DNA of 64,000 bases from an uncultured Clostridia bacterium (GCA_934454525.1 CAKSFM010000003.1:35278-99277), one strand, 5' to 3'. Positions 39,602 through 49,921 are shown, numbered from the stretch's first letter. Notes: a model not told the origin generated them from the letters alone. Numbers and translations are program-made.

Positions 39602-39844
39602 TCAGAACATAATTGTGCAGCTGCCGCCCATCCCCGTATCGGGAGAAGCCGAGCAGCTTGTAAACGCATATATTCCTGCTCCGGCGGCAACAGCAGCCGC
39701 AACCGCAATGCTGATTACGGACTTTATACCTATTCCCTTTTTCTGCGGCTTCCTTTCCTCATTTTCATCATGGAGCAGTGCACCGCAACCCTTACAGTTT
39801 ATATCATTATCGTCATTCATTCTTCCGCATTTCGGACAAAACAT
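39602..39844 (-). CDS. Zinc-ribbon membrane protein
   Basis: MFCPKCG...CKGCG followed by one TM helix (SVISIAVAAAVAAGAGIYAF). Confidence 0.6.
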   Translation of the reverse strand: MFCPKCGRMNDDNDINCKGCGALLHDENEERKPQKKGIGIKSVISIAVAAAVAAGAGIYAFTSCSASPDTGMGGSCTIMF

Positions 39845-39889
39845 TTTATCACCTTCAACAATTGTATTATACTCATTTACTGAGTTTTG

Positions 39890-40378
39890 TCAATGCTTTA
39901 TGTATTTATTAAATGAAAATTTAATATTTTCGTGAGTATATATTTCACTCTCTTCCGTTTTTATCCAATTCGGGGAGGAATCGATATCAAAGAAAAACTT
40001 GTCTGCCTCCGGCGATTCATACACGCGCGTCAGGAGCACCTCATTGCAGTCCTTTTCAAAAAGCGCATAAATTTCACTTCCGCCGATGATATAGACATCA
40101 TCCGTGGGATATTCGGAAATTTTCTTCATCGCTTCGTCATACGAATGTACGACAACCGCCCCCTCACGCTCAAAATTCTTATTTCTTGTAAGAACAATAT
40201 TAACGCGGTTTTTAAGCGGCTTTCCGCCCGGAAAAGATTCAAGCGTTGACCTCCCCATAACAACAATCTTTCCGAGTGTTTCACTCCGAAAAAACTTCAT
40301 ATCCTGCGGAATTGAAAACAAAAGCTTGTTATTATTTCCGATTGCGTTATTCTGCGCTGCGCAGACAATCATTTTCAT
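39890..40378 (-). CDS. folA: Dihydrofolate reductase
   Basis: MKMIVCAAQNNAIGNNNKLLFSIPQDMKFFR...GRSTLES...GGSEIY. Start after AAGGGGGA, immediately downstream of thyA. Confidence 0.9.
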   Translation of the reverse strand: MKMIVCAAQNNAIGNNNKLLFSIPQDMKFFRSETLGKIVVMGRSTLESFPGGKPLKNRVNIVLTRNKNFEREGAVVVHSYDEAMKKISEYPTDDVYIIGGSEIYALFEKDCNEVLLTRVYESPEADKFFFDIDSSPNWIKTEESEIYTHENIKFSFNKYIKH

Positions 40379-40391
40379 TTCATAATCCCCC

Positions 40392-41222
40392 TTATATTGC
40401 AACAGGAACCTTTTTGCCCAACAGATTATATTTATAATTTTCAAGCATCAGACTGTCCGGCGTGAAATCATAAAAATCGGTCACAGATTTGTCAATCACA
40501 AGCTTCGGCGCGTCATATTCTTCCTTTTCAAGAATTTCGCGCACCAGCGGTATATGCCTGTCATATATATGCGCGTCCGCAATAACATGAACAAGTTCAC
40601 CGGCTTCAAGTCCGCTGACCTGCGCAAGCATATATACAAGGCATGCATACTGGCAAACGTTCCAGTTATTTGCTGTGAGCATATCCTGCGAACGCTGATT
40701 CAGAATCGCATTAAGAGTTTTTCCGCTCACGTTGAATGTCATGCTGTAGGCACACGGATAAAGCGCCATTTCACCGAGGTCGGCATGATTGTAAATATTC
40801 GTAAGAATCCGGCGGCTTTGCGGATTGTGCGAAAGGTCGTATATAACTCTGTCAACCTGGTCAAACATTCCTTCTTTGTATTTATGTTTCACACCAAGCT
40901 GATAGCCGTATGCCTTTCCGATTGAGCCGGTTTCATCTGCCCATGCATCCCAAATGTGGCTTCCAAGCTCAGAAACATTGTTGCTTTTTTTCTGCCATAT
41001 CCAAAGAAGCTCATCAAGAGCGCCGCGGAAATTAATTTTACGCAGCGTCATAATCGGGAATTCTTCCCTGAGATTATATCTGTTCACAATGCAAAATTTT
41101 TTAACCGTGTGCGCAGGTGTGCCATCATCCCATCTCGGGCGGACATCGAGCGCTTCATCGGAAAATCCGTTTTCAAGTATATCTATGCAGTTCTGTTTAA
41201 AAACGCGATCGGCATAGCTCAT
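40392..41222 (-). CDS. thyA: Thymidylate synthase (ThyA type)
   Basis: Catalytic region ALYPCAYSMTFNV, plus NQRSQD and HIYDRH motifs. Confidence 0.93.
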   Translation of the reverse strand: MSYADRVFKQNCIDILENGFSDEALDVRPRWDDGTPAHTVKKFCIVNRYNLREEFPIMTLRKINFRGALDELLWIWQKKSNNVSELGSHIWDAWADETGSIGKAYGYQLGVKHKYKEGMFDQVDRVIYDLSHNPQSRRILTNIYNHADLGEMALYPCAYSMTFNVSGKTLNAILNQRSQDMLTANNWNVCQYACLVYMLAQVSGLEAGELVHVIADAHIYDRHIPLVREILEKEEYDAPKLVIDKSVTDFYDFTPDSLMLENYKYNLLGKKVPVAI

Positions 41223-41236
41223 TTTTTTCCCTCCGT

Positions 41237-43378
41237 TCATATTTTCATTGTAAGTGAGATTCGTTTTTTGTCTTTATCAATGTCAAGTATCTTCACTTTA
41301 ACTATATCCCCAACGCTGAGAACATCCGTCGGATGTTTTATAAATTTGTTGGAAATCTGCGAAATATGCACAAGTCCGTCCTGATGCACCCCGATATCCA
41401 CAAAAGCGCCGAAATCAATAACATTTCTGACCGTTCCCTCAAGAATCATTCCGGCTTGCAGCTCATCGAGCGACATGCAGCCGCTTCTGAGCTGCGGCTG
41501 CGGAAGTTCGTCACGCATATCGCGCCCGGGTTTTGCAAGCGTGTCAGAAATGTCGCGCAGTGTAAACATTCCGATACCGAAACGCCGGCATATATCCTCA
41601 GCATTTTCCTTTGTCACGCGCTTTACAATATCTGAAAATCTGCTGTGTTTTACTTCTTCCTCACTATAGCCGCAAACCTCTATAAGCTCACGCGCCGCAT
41701 CATAGCTTTCCGGGTGAACAGAGGTGTTATCGAGAATTTCCTTTCCGCCCGGAATACGCAAAAAGCCTGCACACTGAACGAACGCCTTTTCACCGAGTTT
41801 TTTTACCTTAAGCAGTTCTTTCCTCGATTTAAAAGATCCGTTCTGTTCGCGATACTCGACAATATTTTTCGCCACAGCCGATGAAATTCCCGAAACATAG
41901 CTTAAAAGCGATGATGAAGCCGTGTTAAGGTCAACGCCGACGCTGTTCACACAGCTTTCCACAACGCCCTCAAGTGCACCGGAAAGCTGTTTTTGATTAC
42001 AGTCATGCTGATATTGCCCAACGCCTATTGATTTCGGGTCAATTTTAACAAGCTCGGCTAAAGGATCCTGCAAACGGCGCGCAATTGAAACGGCGCTCCT
42101 CAGCGAAACATCATAATCGGGAAATTCCTCTGCACCGAGCTTGCTTGCACTGTATACCGAGGCTCCCGCCTCCGATACAACCATATATTTTACAGGTCTG
42201 TCAAGCTCACCGATAAGCTCTGAAATAAAGCTTTCGCTCTCACCTGTCGCGGTTCCGTTTCCGATAGATACAAGCGTAACCCAGTTGCGTTCAATCATCG
42301 CGCGTACCTGTTTTTTTGCTTTTTCCTTATCATGGTGTTCAAGCGTGAAATATCCGACACCAGTTTCAAGCACTTTACCGGTGCTGTCAACAACTGCAAG
42401 CTTGCAGCCTGTCCTGTAACCGGGATCAACACCGAGCACGGTATGTCCTTTCACCGGCGGAACAAGCAGCAGATTTTTAAGATTAACGCTGAAAAGTCCT
42501 ATCGCTGCCGTCTGTGCGCGCTCCGTAAGCTGTGTGCGTATTTCATTTTCAATTGACGGAGCTATCAGTCTCTTGTATGAATCTTCGGCAGCTTCACCGA
42601 CAAGTTCGCTCAGCTGCCCCTCTCCGAAAACAGTCATTTTTCTGAGATAGCTTATAACAGCATCCGTATCCGGTTCAATTTTAATGCTCAAAACCTTTTC
42701 TTTTTCGCCGCGGTCCATTGCAAGAATTCTGTGATCCGAAACTTTTTTTACCGGCTCGGCAAAATCGTAATACATTTGGTAAACGGGATTTTCGTTTTTT
42801 GTAACCTTGCTTGTAATTTGCGCACTGAGATATGTAAGCCTGCGGATTTCTTTTCTGTAATCCGCATTATCGCTTATATTCTCGGCAATAATATCCTGTG
42901 CTCCCGCAACCGCGTCTTCCGCGGATTCAACCCCGTTTTCGGGGTTAACAAATTCTCCGGCTTTTTCATAAATATCACCATCAAATTTCTGCTCCGCAAT
43001 CAAATCGGCAAGCGGCTCCAGACCTTTTTCGCGCGCTACCGATGCCCTGGTTTTCCTCTTCGGGCGGTAAGGACGATAAATATCTTCAAGCTCCGTCAGA
43101 AGCTTTGCATTGTTAATGCTTTCAACAAGCTCATCCGTGAGTTTTCCCTGTTCGTCAATCAGTCTTGTGATTTCTGCCTTACGTTCCTCAAGTGCGCGAA
43201 GCGCGTCAAGACGCGCTGATAATTCACGGATCAACTGATCGTCCATACTCCCCGTAAGCTCCTTGCGGTAACGCGCAATAAACGGAACGGTATTTCCGTC
43301 GTCAAGCAGCTTAATCACATTTTCGCAGTGCTCTTCCTTAATATTCAGCTCACTGCACAGTTGTTTTAATATGTCCAT
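41237..43378 (-). CDS. tex: Tex family transcription accessory protein (S1 RNA-binding)
   Basis: VPFIARYRKE N-terminus, YqgF/HhH middle region, and C-terminal S1 domain GTVRNVIDFGAFVDIGVHQDGLVHISQ. Confidence 0.93.
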   Translation of the reverse strand: MDILKQLCSELNIKEEHCENVIKLLDDGNTVPFIARYRKELTGSMDDQLIRELSARLDALRALEERKAEITRLIDEQGKLTDELVESINNAKLLTELEDIYRPYRPKRKTRASVAREKGLEPLADLIAEQKFDGDIYEKAGEFVNPENGVESAEDAVAGAQDIIAENISDNADYRKEIRRLTYLSAQITSKVTKNENPVYQMYYDFAEPVKKVSDHRILAMDRGEKEKVLSIKIEPDTDAVISYLRKMTVFGEGQLSELVGEAAEDSYKRLIAPSIENEIRTQLTERAQTAAIGLFSVNLKNLLLVPPVKGHTVLGVDPGYRTGCKLAVVDSTGKVLETGVGYFTLEHHDKEKAKKQVRAMIERNWVTLVSIGNGTATGESESFISELIGELDRPVKYMVVSEAGASVYSASKLGAEEFPDYDVSLRSAVSIARRLQDPLAELVKIDPKSIGVGQYQHDCNQKQLSGALEGVVESCVNSVGVDLNTASSSLLSYVSGISSAVAKNIVEYREQNGSFKSRKELLKVKKLGEKAFVQCAGFLRIPGGKEILDNTSVHPESYDAARELIEVCGYSEEEVKHSRFSDIVKRVTKENAEDICRRFGIGMFTLRDISDTLAKPGRDMRDELPQPQLRSGCMSLDELQAGMILEGTVRNVIDFGAFVDIGVHQDGLVHISQISNKFIKHPTDVLSVGDIVKVKILDIDKDKKRISLTMKI

Positions 43379-43400
43379 TCTGACAATAACTCCTCTGTTT

Positions 43401-43955
43401 TTAAAATGAAATTACCGCACCGACAATTCCCGCGGCTATAATATAGAAAATCGGATGAAATTTTACCTTATTGGTAATTAAAAGCAGCATTGCAAAAAAC
43501 ATCACGGCTTTTATACTGAATTTGCCGCCAACCCATAGCGCACTCCGAATCATTATGAACGCAGCAGATGCAATCATGCCTGTCACTGCCGGGCGGATTG
43601 TATAGAATGCATTTTCAACAATTTTGTTACCCATTAATGCTTCATATGTTTTTGCAACAAGAATAATTATGATAACAGACGGAAGAACAAGCGCAAACGT
43701 TGCAAGCACCGCTCCGAAGACCGATCCTGCAATGCCGTATTTGCCGCCGACAGTAAAGCCGACATACGTCGCAACGTTTACGCCAATCGGACCCGGCGTG
43801 GATTCGCCGACAGCTATCATGTTTGAAAGCAGTTCACGGTCAAACCATCCGTATCTGTCCCCCATTGCGGCAAGAAACGGAATTGTTGCCAATCCTCCGC
43901 CGAGCGAAAACAGACCGGTTTTAAAAAATTCGTAAAAAAGGTAAACATAGATCAT
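43401..43955 (-). CDS. Chromate transporter family protein (short-chain CHR, second half)
   Basis: FFKTGLFSLGGGLATIPF CHR motif and multiple TM segments. Confidence 0.85.
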   Translation of the reverse strand: MIYVYLFYEFFKTGLFSLGGGLATIPFLAAMGDRYGWFDRELLSNMIAVGESTPGPIGVNVATYVGFTVGGKYGIAGSVFGAVLATFALVLPSVIIIILVAKTYEALMGNKIVENAFYTIRPAVTGMIASAAFIMIRSALWVGGKFSIKAVMFFAMLLLITNKVKFHPIFYIIAAGIVGAVISF

Positions 43956-44488
43956 TCCTGCTCACCCCTTTTAACGAAAATCCCGAGCAGTGCCGCGCAA
44001 ATAACAATAAGCACCGGAGATGTTCCGAGCACAGCCGACAGTAAGAATGAACTTACTGCGGCTGCAATGCAGATTTTATCGGTAACGGCAGCCTTTCCCA
44101 TATTGAAAACCGCGTTAATAATCAGCGCTGCAATGCAGATTCTTATACCTGCAAACATACGAGCCACAATTCTGTATTTCAAAAAGTTCTTCAGAAATGC
44201 GGCAATAATCGTTATTATTACAAGCGACGGCAGCACAACACCAAATGTTGCCACCACAGCACCGAGAATTTTTTTCCTTTTATAACCGATAAAGGTGGCA
44301 GTGTTAACGGCTATCACTCCCGGAGTGCATTGTGCTATCGCAAAACAGTCAAGGAGTTCTTTTTCCGTTGCCCATTTCTTATTTTCGGCAATCTCCCGCT
44401 GAATCACCGAAAGCATCGCCAATCCCCCGCCGAACGTAAATGCGCCTATTCTGAAGAAAACGGAAAATAATTCAAAGTATTCTCGCAT
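43952..44488 (-). CDS. Chromate transporter family protein (short-chain CHR, first half)
   Basis: FFRIGAFTFGGGLAMLSVIQ CHR motif. Overlaps its partner by 4 nt. Confidence 0.85.
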   Translation of the reverse strand: MREYFELFSVFFRIGAFTFGGGLAMLSVIQREIAENKKWATEKELLDCFAIAQCTPGVIAVNTATFIGYKRKKILGAVVATFGVVLPSLVIITIIAAFLKNFLKYRIVARMFAGIRICIAALIINAVFNMGKAAVTDKICIAAAVSSFLLSAVLGTSPVLIVICAALLGIFVKRGEQE

Positions 44489-44499
44489 TTTGTCACCCG

Positions 44500-44748
44500 T
44501 CAGCTGTTTTCAAGCACAGTATAAAGAAGCGGAGCATCGTTTTTGAGAGCATGCTCCTTAACATCCTCAATTCTGACCTTAATAATATGCTGTCCGAAAT
44601 GAATTTCCACAATATCACCCGGGGCAACCTCTGCGCTTGCCTTGCAAACTCTTCCGTTTATGCTCACGCGCCCGGCGTCGCACGCTTCATTTGCAACGGT
44701 GCGGCGCTTTATAAGTCTTGATACCTTTAAAAATTTATCTATTCTCAC
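44500..44748 (-). CDS. RNA-binding S4 domain protein
   Basis: MRIDKFLKVSRLIKRRTVANEACDAGRVSINGR is a classical S4 motif. Confidence 0.85.
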   Translation of the reverse strand: MRIDKFLKVSRLIKRRTVANEACDAGRVSINGRVCKASAEVAPGDIVEIHFGQHIIKVRIEDVKEHALKNDAPLLYTVLENS

Positions 44749-44762
44749 TGTAACATCATCCC

Positions 44763-46136
44763 TTATTTTTCACTGAAAAAAACGTTAAATGCACGGTACG
44801 TCATATATACATCAAGCTTTGAAACCACCTCAAACGGTGCATGCATACTGAGCACGGAAACTCCGCAGTCAACCGTATCAACGCCCAGATTTGCCACATA
44901 CTGAGCAATTGTTCCGCCGCCGCCGCCGTCAACCTTTCCAAGCTCGGCAACATGCCAAAGAACATTGTTTTTATTAAACAGGAAACGAACCTTTGCCATC
45001 AATTCCGCTGAAGCATCGCTCGATCCTCCTTTGCCGCACGCACCCGTGTATTTCGAAACCGTTATTCCGTAATTGATTCTTCCCGCATTGCGCTTGTCAT
45101 AAGCCGAAGCATAATTCGGGTCAAACGCTGCGCTGACATCTGCGCTCAGGCACATACTTCTGTCAAGGCAGCGCAGAAGTTCAAGCTGCCCGGATTTTTT
45201 ATCTGCTTTCTGCATAAGTTCCATCAGCATAAGCTTTAAGAAGTTGCTTTTTGCGCCTGTATTTCCCATGCTTCCGACCTCTTCTTTATCAGTCAGCAGG
45301 CAAACCGCAGTTCTGCGGCATTCATTTGTATCAAGCAGCGCCATAAGGTTCGGATAACTGCACACACGGTCATCATGTGCATATGAACCGATAAGACTCC
45401 TGTCAAATCCAAGGTCCTTGGCATTTGCGGCAGGCACAATTTCAAGCTCAGCGCTCAAAAAATCTTCTTCGCAGATTCCATACTTTTCATTCAGGATTGC
45501 CAGTATATTCGCTTTCACGCGTTCTTTGTCGTCTTTATTATCAGAAGGCATTGAACCTATCAGCAAATTAAGGTTTTCGCCCTCGATCACCTCGGACGCT
45601 GTTTTTTTCATTTGGTCGCCTGCAAGATGCGGAAGCAAATCCGTGATAACGAAAGTCACATCATCGCCCTCATCTCCGATTTTTATATCAACACGCTCGC
45701 CGGATTCCTTTACAACAACGCCGTGAATCGCCATCGGAACAGCTGTCCACTGATATTTTTTGATGCCTCCGTAATAATGGGTTTTAAAAAATGCCATTTC
45801 GCCGTCCTCATACAGCGGATTAGGCTTCAAATCAAGGCGCGGCGCATCAATATGCGAGCCGACAATGCGCACCCCGTTTTCAATCGGTTCTGTTCCGATA
45901 ACTGCAAGGAGCATTTCTTTTTCCTTATTTATTGAATAAACCTTATCCCCCGCTTTAAGAGATGAAAAGGATGAAAGCGGAGCAAAGCCGCGTTTTTCCG
46001 CAAGCTTCACTGCCGACAGAACGCTTTCGCGTTCTGTTTTGGAATTATTAAGAAATTTTTTATATCCCTCACAAAAATCAAACACAGCCTGCCTGTCTGC
46101 ACTGACATTCCAACCGTTCTCAAGTTCATATTTCAT
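44763..46136 (-). CDS. M18-family aminopeptidase
   Basis: About 457 aa with GSHIDAPRLDLKP, DKEEVGS and SMHAP motifs typical of M18/M42-type metallo-aminopeptidases. Confidence 0.75.
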   Translation of the reverse strand: MKYELENGWNVSADRQAVFDFCEGYKKFLNNSKTERESVLSAVKLAEKRGFAPLSSFSSLKAGDKVYSINKEKEMLLAVIGTEPIENGVRIVGSHIDAPRLDLKPNPLYEDGEMAFFKTHYYGGIKKYQWTAVPMAIHGVVVKESGERVDIKIGDEGDDVTFVITDLLPHLAGDQMKKTASEVIEGENLNLLIGSMPSDNKDDKERVKANILAILNEKYGICEEDFLSAELEIVPAANAKDLGFDRSLIGSYAHDDRVCSYPNLMALLDTNECRRTAVCLLTDKEEVGSMGNTGAKSNFLKLMLMELMQKADKKSGQLELLRCLDRSMCLSADVSAAFDPNYASAYDKRNAGRINYGITVSKYTGACGKGGSSDASAELMAKVRFLFNKNNVLWHVAELGKVDGGGGGTIAQYVANLGVDTVDCGVSVLSMHAPFEVVSKLDVYMTYRAFNVFFSEK

Positions 46137-46153
46137 GATATTACTTCCTTTCA

Positions 46154-47152
46154 TTAATAAAAACGATATTCAGCTATTATAATTTCAAGCGCTGCCCATG
46201 GGTCAACAAGCCCCTGTTTAACGCGCTTATCACCTTCAAAGCACAAGTTTATCAGAAGTTCAAGGTTTTCAGCCTTTATTTTTTCCGCTTTTCTTGCACA
46301 TTTCTCAATTCCGTATCCGCCGCCAAGCTTTTGTGCAGCCTGTGCCGATGTAAACCCATCAGCGATATAAAGCCGTGCTCTGTATATATTAATAATCTGC
46401 CCGGATAAGAGCGACAAAATACTCACAGGCTCCTGTCTGTTTTGCCGCAGGTCATATAACAGTCTGTAGCACTGCTCGCGCCGTCCGTTAAAAATTGCGT
46501 CTATCAGGTCAAAAACACTTTGTTCCGATGGTTTTACTATAACGGCATCAATATCGGCGCGTGTAATTTTTGTTCCCTCGCTGAAAGCAATCACTTTATC
46601 AAGTTCAGTTCTGATCACGCGCATTTTTCGCTCAAGTGTTGCAATGAGATAAGCCGCATCCTCAGGGTCAATTGTTTTTCCCGCCGCAGCCGCAATCTTT
46701 GTCACCCATGAACGCAGCTTCGGCTCGGTTCTGAGCGGAAACTGCACAACAATGCCGTTTGCTTCCGCAGCTTTTCGCACAGATGATGGTTTTTTACCCC
46801 GTTCCGCCGCCTCTTCCCAGATAACAACGCAATTGTATTCCGCAACCGTTGATAAAACTTTTTCCCACTGAGCTTTGTTTTTGATATTTCCGGCAAACAA
46901 ACCGCATTTTCTGAACACAACAAGTTTTCGTTCACTCATCATAGGAAGTGTTTCCAAAAAATCACCGGCTTCACCTACCGGAGGTATGAATTCATAGCTT
47001 TTATAATTCATCATCTCTGTTGACGGATCAATCAGTTTATTTTTAAGCTCTGCAATACAAAACTCAATAAGGTAATCCTCCGGACCTTCAAATATATAGA
47101 GAGGTGCTGTCTTTCCGTTTTTAATTGAACTGCGCAGTTCCTCATAATACAT
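46154..47152 (-). CDS. holA: DNA polymerase III subunit delta
   Basis: PLYIFEGPEDYL N-terminus, consistent length, and a C-terminal helical domain. Confidence 0.85.
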   Translation of the reverse strand: MYYEELRSSIKNGKTAPLYIFEGPEDYLIEFCIAELKNKLIDPSTEMMNYKSYEFIPPVGEAGDFLETLPMMSERKLVVFRKCGLFAGNIKNKAQWEKVLSTVAEYNCVVIWEEAAERGKKPSSVRKAAEANGIVVQFPLRTEPKLRSWVTKIAAAAGKTIDPEDAAYLIATLERKMRVIRTELDKVIAFSEGTKITRADIDAVIVKPSEQSVFDLIDAIFNGRREQCYRLLYDLRQNRQEPVSILSLLSGQIINIYRARLYIADGFTSAQAAQKLGGGYGIEKCARKAEKIKAENLELLINLCFEGDKRVKQGLVDPWAALEIIIAEYRFY

Positions 47153-47515
47153 TTAAGCACCTCTTTTATGAAATAAATTCACTTTATCCAAACTTGCCGC
47201 CGGAATACCTGCATTTGTTATTGCCGGCAATTTTTCAGCAGGCGGAAATTTCGCCGCCGGCGCTATGTCTGCGCATTCCCGATTTTACAATTTTATGTAA
47301 TTCTCACTAAATTATACAAATAGCGGTCTATCTTGATAAACATACATATTATAGCACAGCCGCAGTATGATTGCAACTTGTTTTTTGCCTTTTAGCGTCA
47401 AATGAATACTGAAAAACAAACAAGGCATACTGAATTATCTCCGCCGCAATTATTCGTTTGACGGAATTTTCAATATGCCCTGTTTTAAGATATCACAATT
47501 ATTCTGCTGTTTTTC

Positions 47516-48031
47516 TTAATAGTATTTTCTGTCGCTCATATCCTGAACAGAACGAAGTGCTTCGCCAAAGCGCTGATAGTGAACAACCTCACGTTCGCGC
47601 AGGAAACGAATCGGTTCAATCACGTCAGGATCGTCCGCAAGACGGAGAATGTTGTCATAAGTTGCACGCGCTTTCTGCTCTGCTGCGAGATCTTCGTTCA
47701 AATCGGCGATAACATCCGCCTTTGAGGCAAGACATGCAGCATTGAACGGAACTCCTGCGGCGGATGCCGGGTAAATTCCGGTTCCATGATCAACAAAATA
47801 TTGATCGAAGCCTCCGCTTTTAATCTGTTCGGGTGTGAGGTTACGCGTCAGCTGGTAAACAATTGTTCCAATCATTTCAAGATGTGCAAGCTCTTCTGTA
47901 CCTATATCGTTAAGGGTTGCTTTGGAAATCTCATTCGGCATGCTGAATCGCTGACTTAAATATCGTAAAGACGCTCCGAGCTCGCCGTCCGGTCCGCCGT
48001 ACTGTAAATGCTTGAGCAGCTTTTTCTCATT
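47516..48031 (-). pseudogene. CotJC-type manganese catalase, 5' end missing (split or truncated gene)
   Basis: The frame reads NEKKLLKHLQYGGPDGELGASLRYLSQRFSMPNE...DIGTEELAHLEMI...LAAEQKARATY, which includes the Mn-catalase di-metal ligand motifs. The frame opens at TAA 48032-48034 with no ATG/GTG/TTG before the internal Met at 47941 and no RBS. Confidence 0.75.
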
Positions 48032-48037
48032 TTAAAA

Positions 48038-49480
48038 TTATCTCCAAAACACGCATTTAAGGCGTTTTCCGTCCTCTCCGCCTTTCACAATTTCCTTAAA
48101 AATTGTCCTCGCCGCTTTGTTTTTATCAATGTTGCTGACGCTTGCATCCTGAAGTATATCCGTCAGTCTTCGAATATTTTCATTGCAAATTTCAACTTTT
48201 TGTTCCGGCGAATCTCCGAGGCTTTTTTCAAGTGCTTTTTTTAAATCGTTAATTTCGGAAAGAATGTTCTTTTTACTTGCTTTATATTCTTCAAGAGTAT
48301 CTGCACCACTTTCATAAGCTGATTTTATACGCTCCATCCGCATTTCAAGTCTTTGAATTTGTGTTAAAATAATACTGTCATCATTTGAATCGGATTGGAC
48401 ATCAGATTCGTGTTCTGCAAATTCAAGAGTGACATTCGGAAGCGTTATATCCGACAAAGCTTTAAATATAATATTGTCCAATTTATTGCTTTTAATATAT
48501 CCAACGCCCGTGCATGTTCCCCTGCCTCTGTTTGAACAACCGAAAAAACCTCCCTGATTGGATAAAACGGCACCGCATTTTTCGCACCTGACAATGCCCG
48601 AAAGCCAATGAGATAAATCATTGCGGTCAGGGTTGTAATACTTCCTGAATTTCGCTTTCTGCTCTTTCATTTTTTTCTGAACCTTTTCCCATGTTTTCGT
48701 TTCAATTATCGGTGCATGTGTGCCATTGCATATGATAGCCGTACCGGAAGTATAGTTTCTTGACAGTTTGCCATCCGGATTCCAGCGGGTCTTCCCTATG
48801 TATACAGGATTGTTCAGCCAATATTCTACGGTTCTGTTTTCAATCTTGTTTCCTCTGTGTGTTTTCACGCCCATAGCATTCAGAGCTTTCGCAATGGATA
48901 AAAAGCCTTTGCCGCATGCATAGTCATTGAAAACCTTTCGTATAATTTCAGCCTCTTCCGGAATTATAACAAATTTGTTGTTTTCTACCTTGTATCCAAA
49001 AGCAGGAATCGAAAGAACGCCTCCCCTTTTGGCTTTTTCGGTCATCCCTCGTTTCACTTCTTCCGCAAGATTGATACTGTAATATTCATCCATTGCTTCA
49101 ATCATCGCTTCAAAAAGGATAGACATTTTATCATCGCCGACATCCTCACTGATTGAAACAACGTCAATATTAAGATCTTTTCTCAGCATTGATTTGTAAA
49201 CAACACTGTCTTCACGGTTTCGTGCAAATCGGCTGTATTTCCAAACTAAAATAACGTCAAACGGCTTTGGTTTGCGTTTTGCAAGACCAATCATTTCATT
49301 GAATGCAGGTCGTTTAGCTGCATTTCTTCCGCTGATGCCCTCATCTAAAAATATAAATTCTTTAGGTAATAAAATTTGATTTCTTTCTGCATAAAGTTTT
49401 ATTTTTTCTAACTGACTGTCCGGGCTGAACTCAATCTGGTCTTCTGTGGAAACTCTTATATAAGCTGCCGCCACTTTCAC
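48038..49480 (-). CDS. Large serine recombinase (resolvase/invertase N-domain, recombinase domain, zinc ribbon, coiled coil)
   Basis: AAYIRVSTEDQ catalytic-serine motif, VWKYSRFARN, the recombinase domain, the Cys cluster CEKCG...CSNRGRGTC, and a coiled-coil tail. GTG start 8 nt after GGAGGA. Confidence 0.92.
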   Translation of the reverse strand: MKVAAAYIRVSTEDQIEFSPDSQLEKIKLYAERNQILLPKEFIFLDEGISGRNAAKRPAFNEMIGLAKRKPKPFDVILVWKYSRFARNREDSVVYKSMLRKDLNIDVVSISEDVGDDKMSILFEAMIEAMDEYYSINLAEEVKRGMTEKAKRGGVLSIPAFGYKVENNKFVIIPEEAEIIRKVFNDYACGKGFLSIAKALNAMGVKTHRGNKIENRTVEYWLNNPVYIGKTRWNPDGKLSRNYTSGTAIICNGTHAPIIETKTWEKVQKKMKEQKAKFRKYYNPDRNDLSHWLSGIVRCEKCGAVLSNQGGFFGCSNRGRGTCTGVGYIKSNKLDNIIFKALSDITLPNVTLEFAEHESDVQSDSNDDSIILTQIQRLEMRMERIKSAYESGADTLEEYKASKKNILSEINDLKKALEKSLGDSPEQKVEICNENIRRLTDILQDASVSNIDKNKAARTIFKEIVKGGEDGKRLKCVFWR

Positions 49481-49527
49481 TGAAATATCCTCCTTCCCGA
49501 AAACGGCAACTGTTTATTCATACGATG

Positions 49528-49556
49528 ATTATAGCAGAACCGCTTCTAAAAATCAA
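49528..49556 (-). promoter_or_regulatory. Sigma-A type promoter for the recombinase (TTGATT-17-TATAAT)
   Basis: The minus strand reads TTGATTtttagaagcggttctgcTATAAT, with -35 at 49551-49556 and -10 at 49528-49533. Confidence 0.6.
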
Positions 49557-49561
49557 ATTTT

Positions 49562-49723
49562 TTATTTTATTTTTACCTTTACTTTTTTATTGTAATACTC
49601 ACTCAGCGCACGTGCTTCCATATCTTTTCTCCACTTTTTTAAATCTTTATCGTTTAAACCCGAAAGCTTTATAATCTGCCCGTCTCCATTGTCTATAAAG
49701 TATTCAATATTATAATCATCCAT
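49562..49723 (-). CDS. Small basic/acidic hypothetical protein (53 aa), co-oriented upstream of the recombinase
   Basis: Own translation: MDDYNIEYFIDNGDGQIIKLSGLNDKDLKKWRKDMEARALSEYYNKKVKVKIK. RBS GAGAGGTGG lies 5 nt upstream. It falls below the 60-aa cutoff of the ORF track. Confidence 0.4.
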   Translation of the reverse strand: MDDYNIEYFIDNGDGQIIKLSGLNDKDLKKWRKDMEARALSEYYNKKVKVKIK

Positions 49724-49921
49724 TTCCGCCACCTCTCATAATTTTATGAAACAGGCTTCTCAAAAATAACAACCCCTCTGCTTTTTAAAGAAGTGTTTTA
49801 CGGACTTCGCGATTACCGCCTCGCGTCCACACCTTTATCATAAGCACTAATACTCTTAGATCTTGCCGGTATCAGACAACTTTCAAGCAAAATATTTTTC
49901 AATATTTCTCCATTGTTGAGT

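Noticed and set aside
43401-44488. An apparent chromate transporter split into two about 180-aa genes overlapping by 4 nt, which might be a frameshifted pseudogene.
   Set aside because: Paired short-chain CHR genes are an established natural architecture in Firmicutes. Both halves have their own start and the CHR motif (FGGGLA).
47153-47515. A 360-bp gene-free gap between holA and the catalase fragment, including the 12-bp palindrome ATTGCCGGCAAT at 47220-47231.
   Set aside because: It has no ORF with an RBS, no tRNA-like or riboswitch-like conserved core and no repeats shared with the recombinase junction. It most likely holds the holA promoter and the catalase terminator.
49741-49921. Searched this spacer, between the small ORF and the sugar-cluster terminator, for the missing 5' end of the catalase gene or an att-type repeat of the 48030 junction.
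   Set aside because: The minus-strand frames give only short ORFs (e.g. MIKVWTRGGNREVRKTLL*, MEKY*) with no CotJC-like MWxYEKKLQYP sequence. I could find no convincing repeat of the junction sequence by eye.
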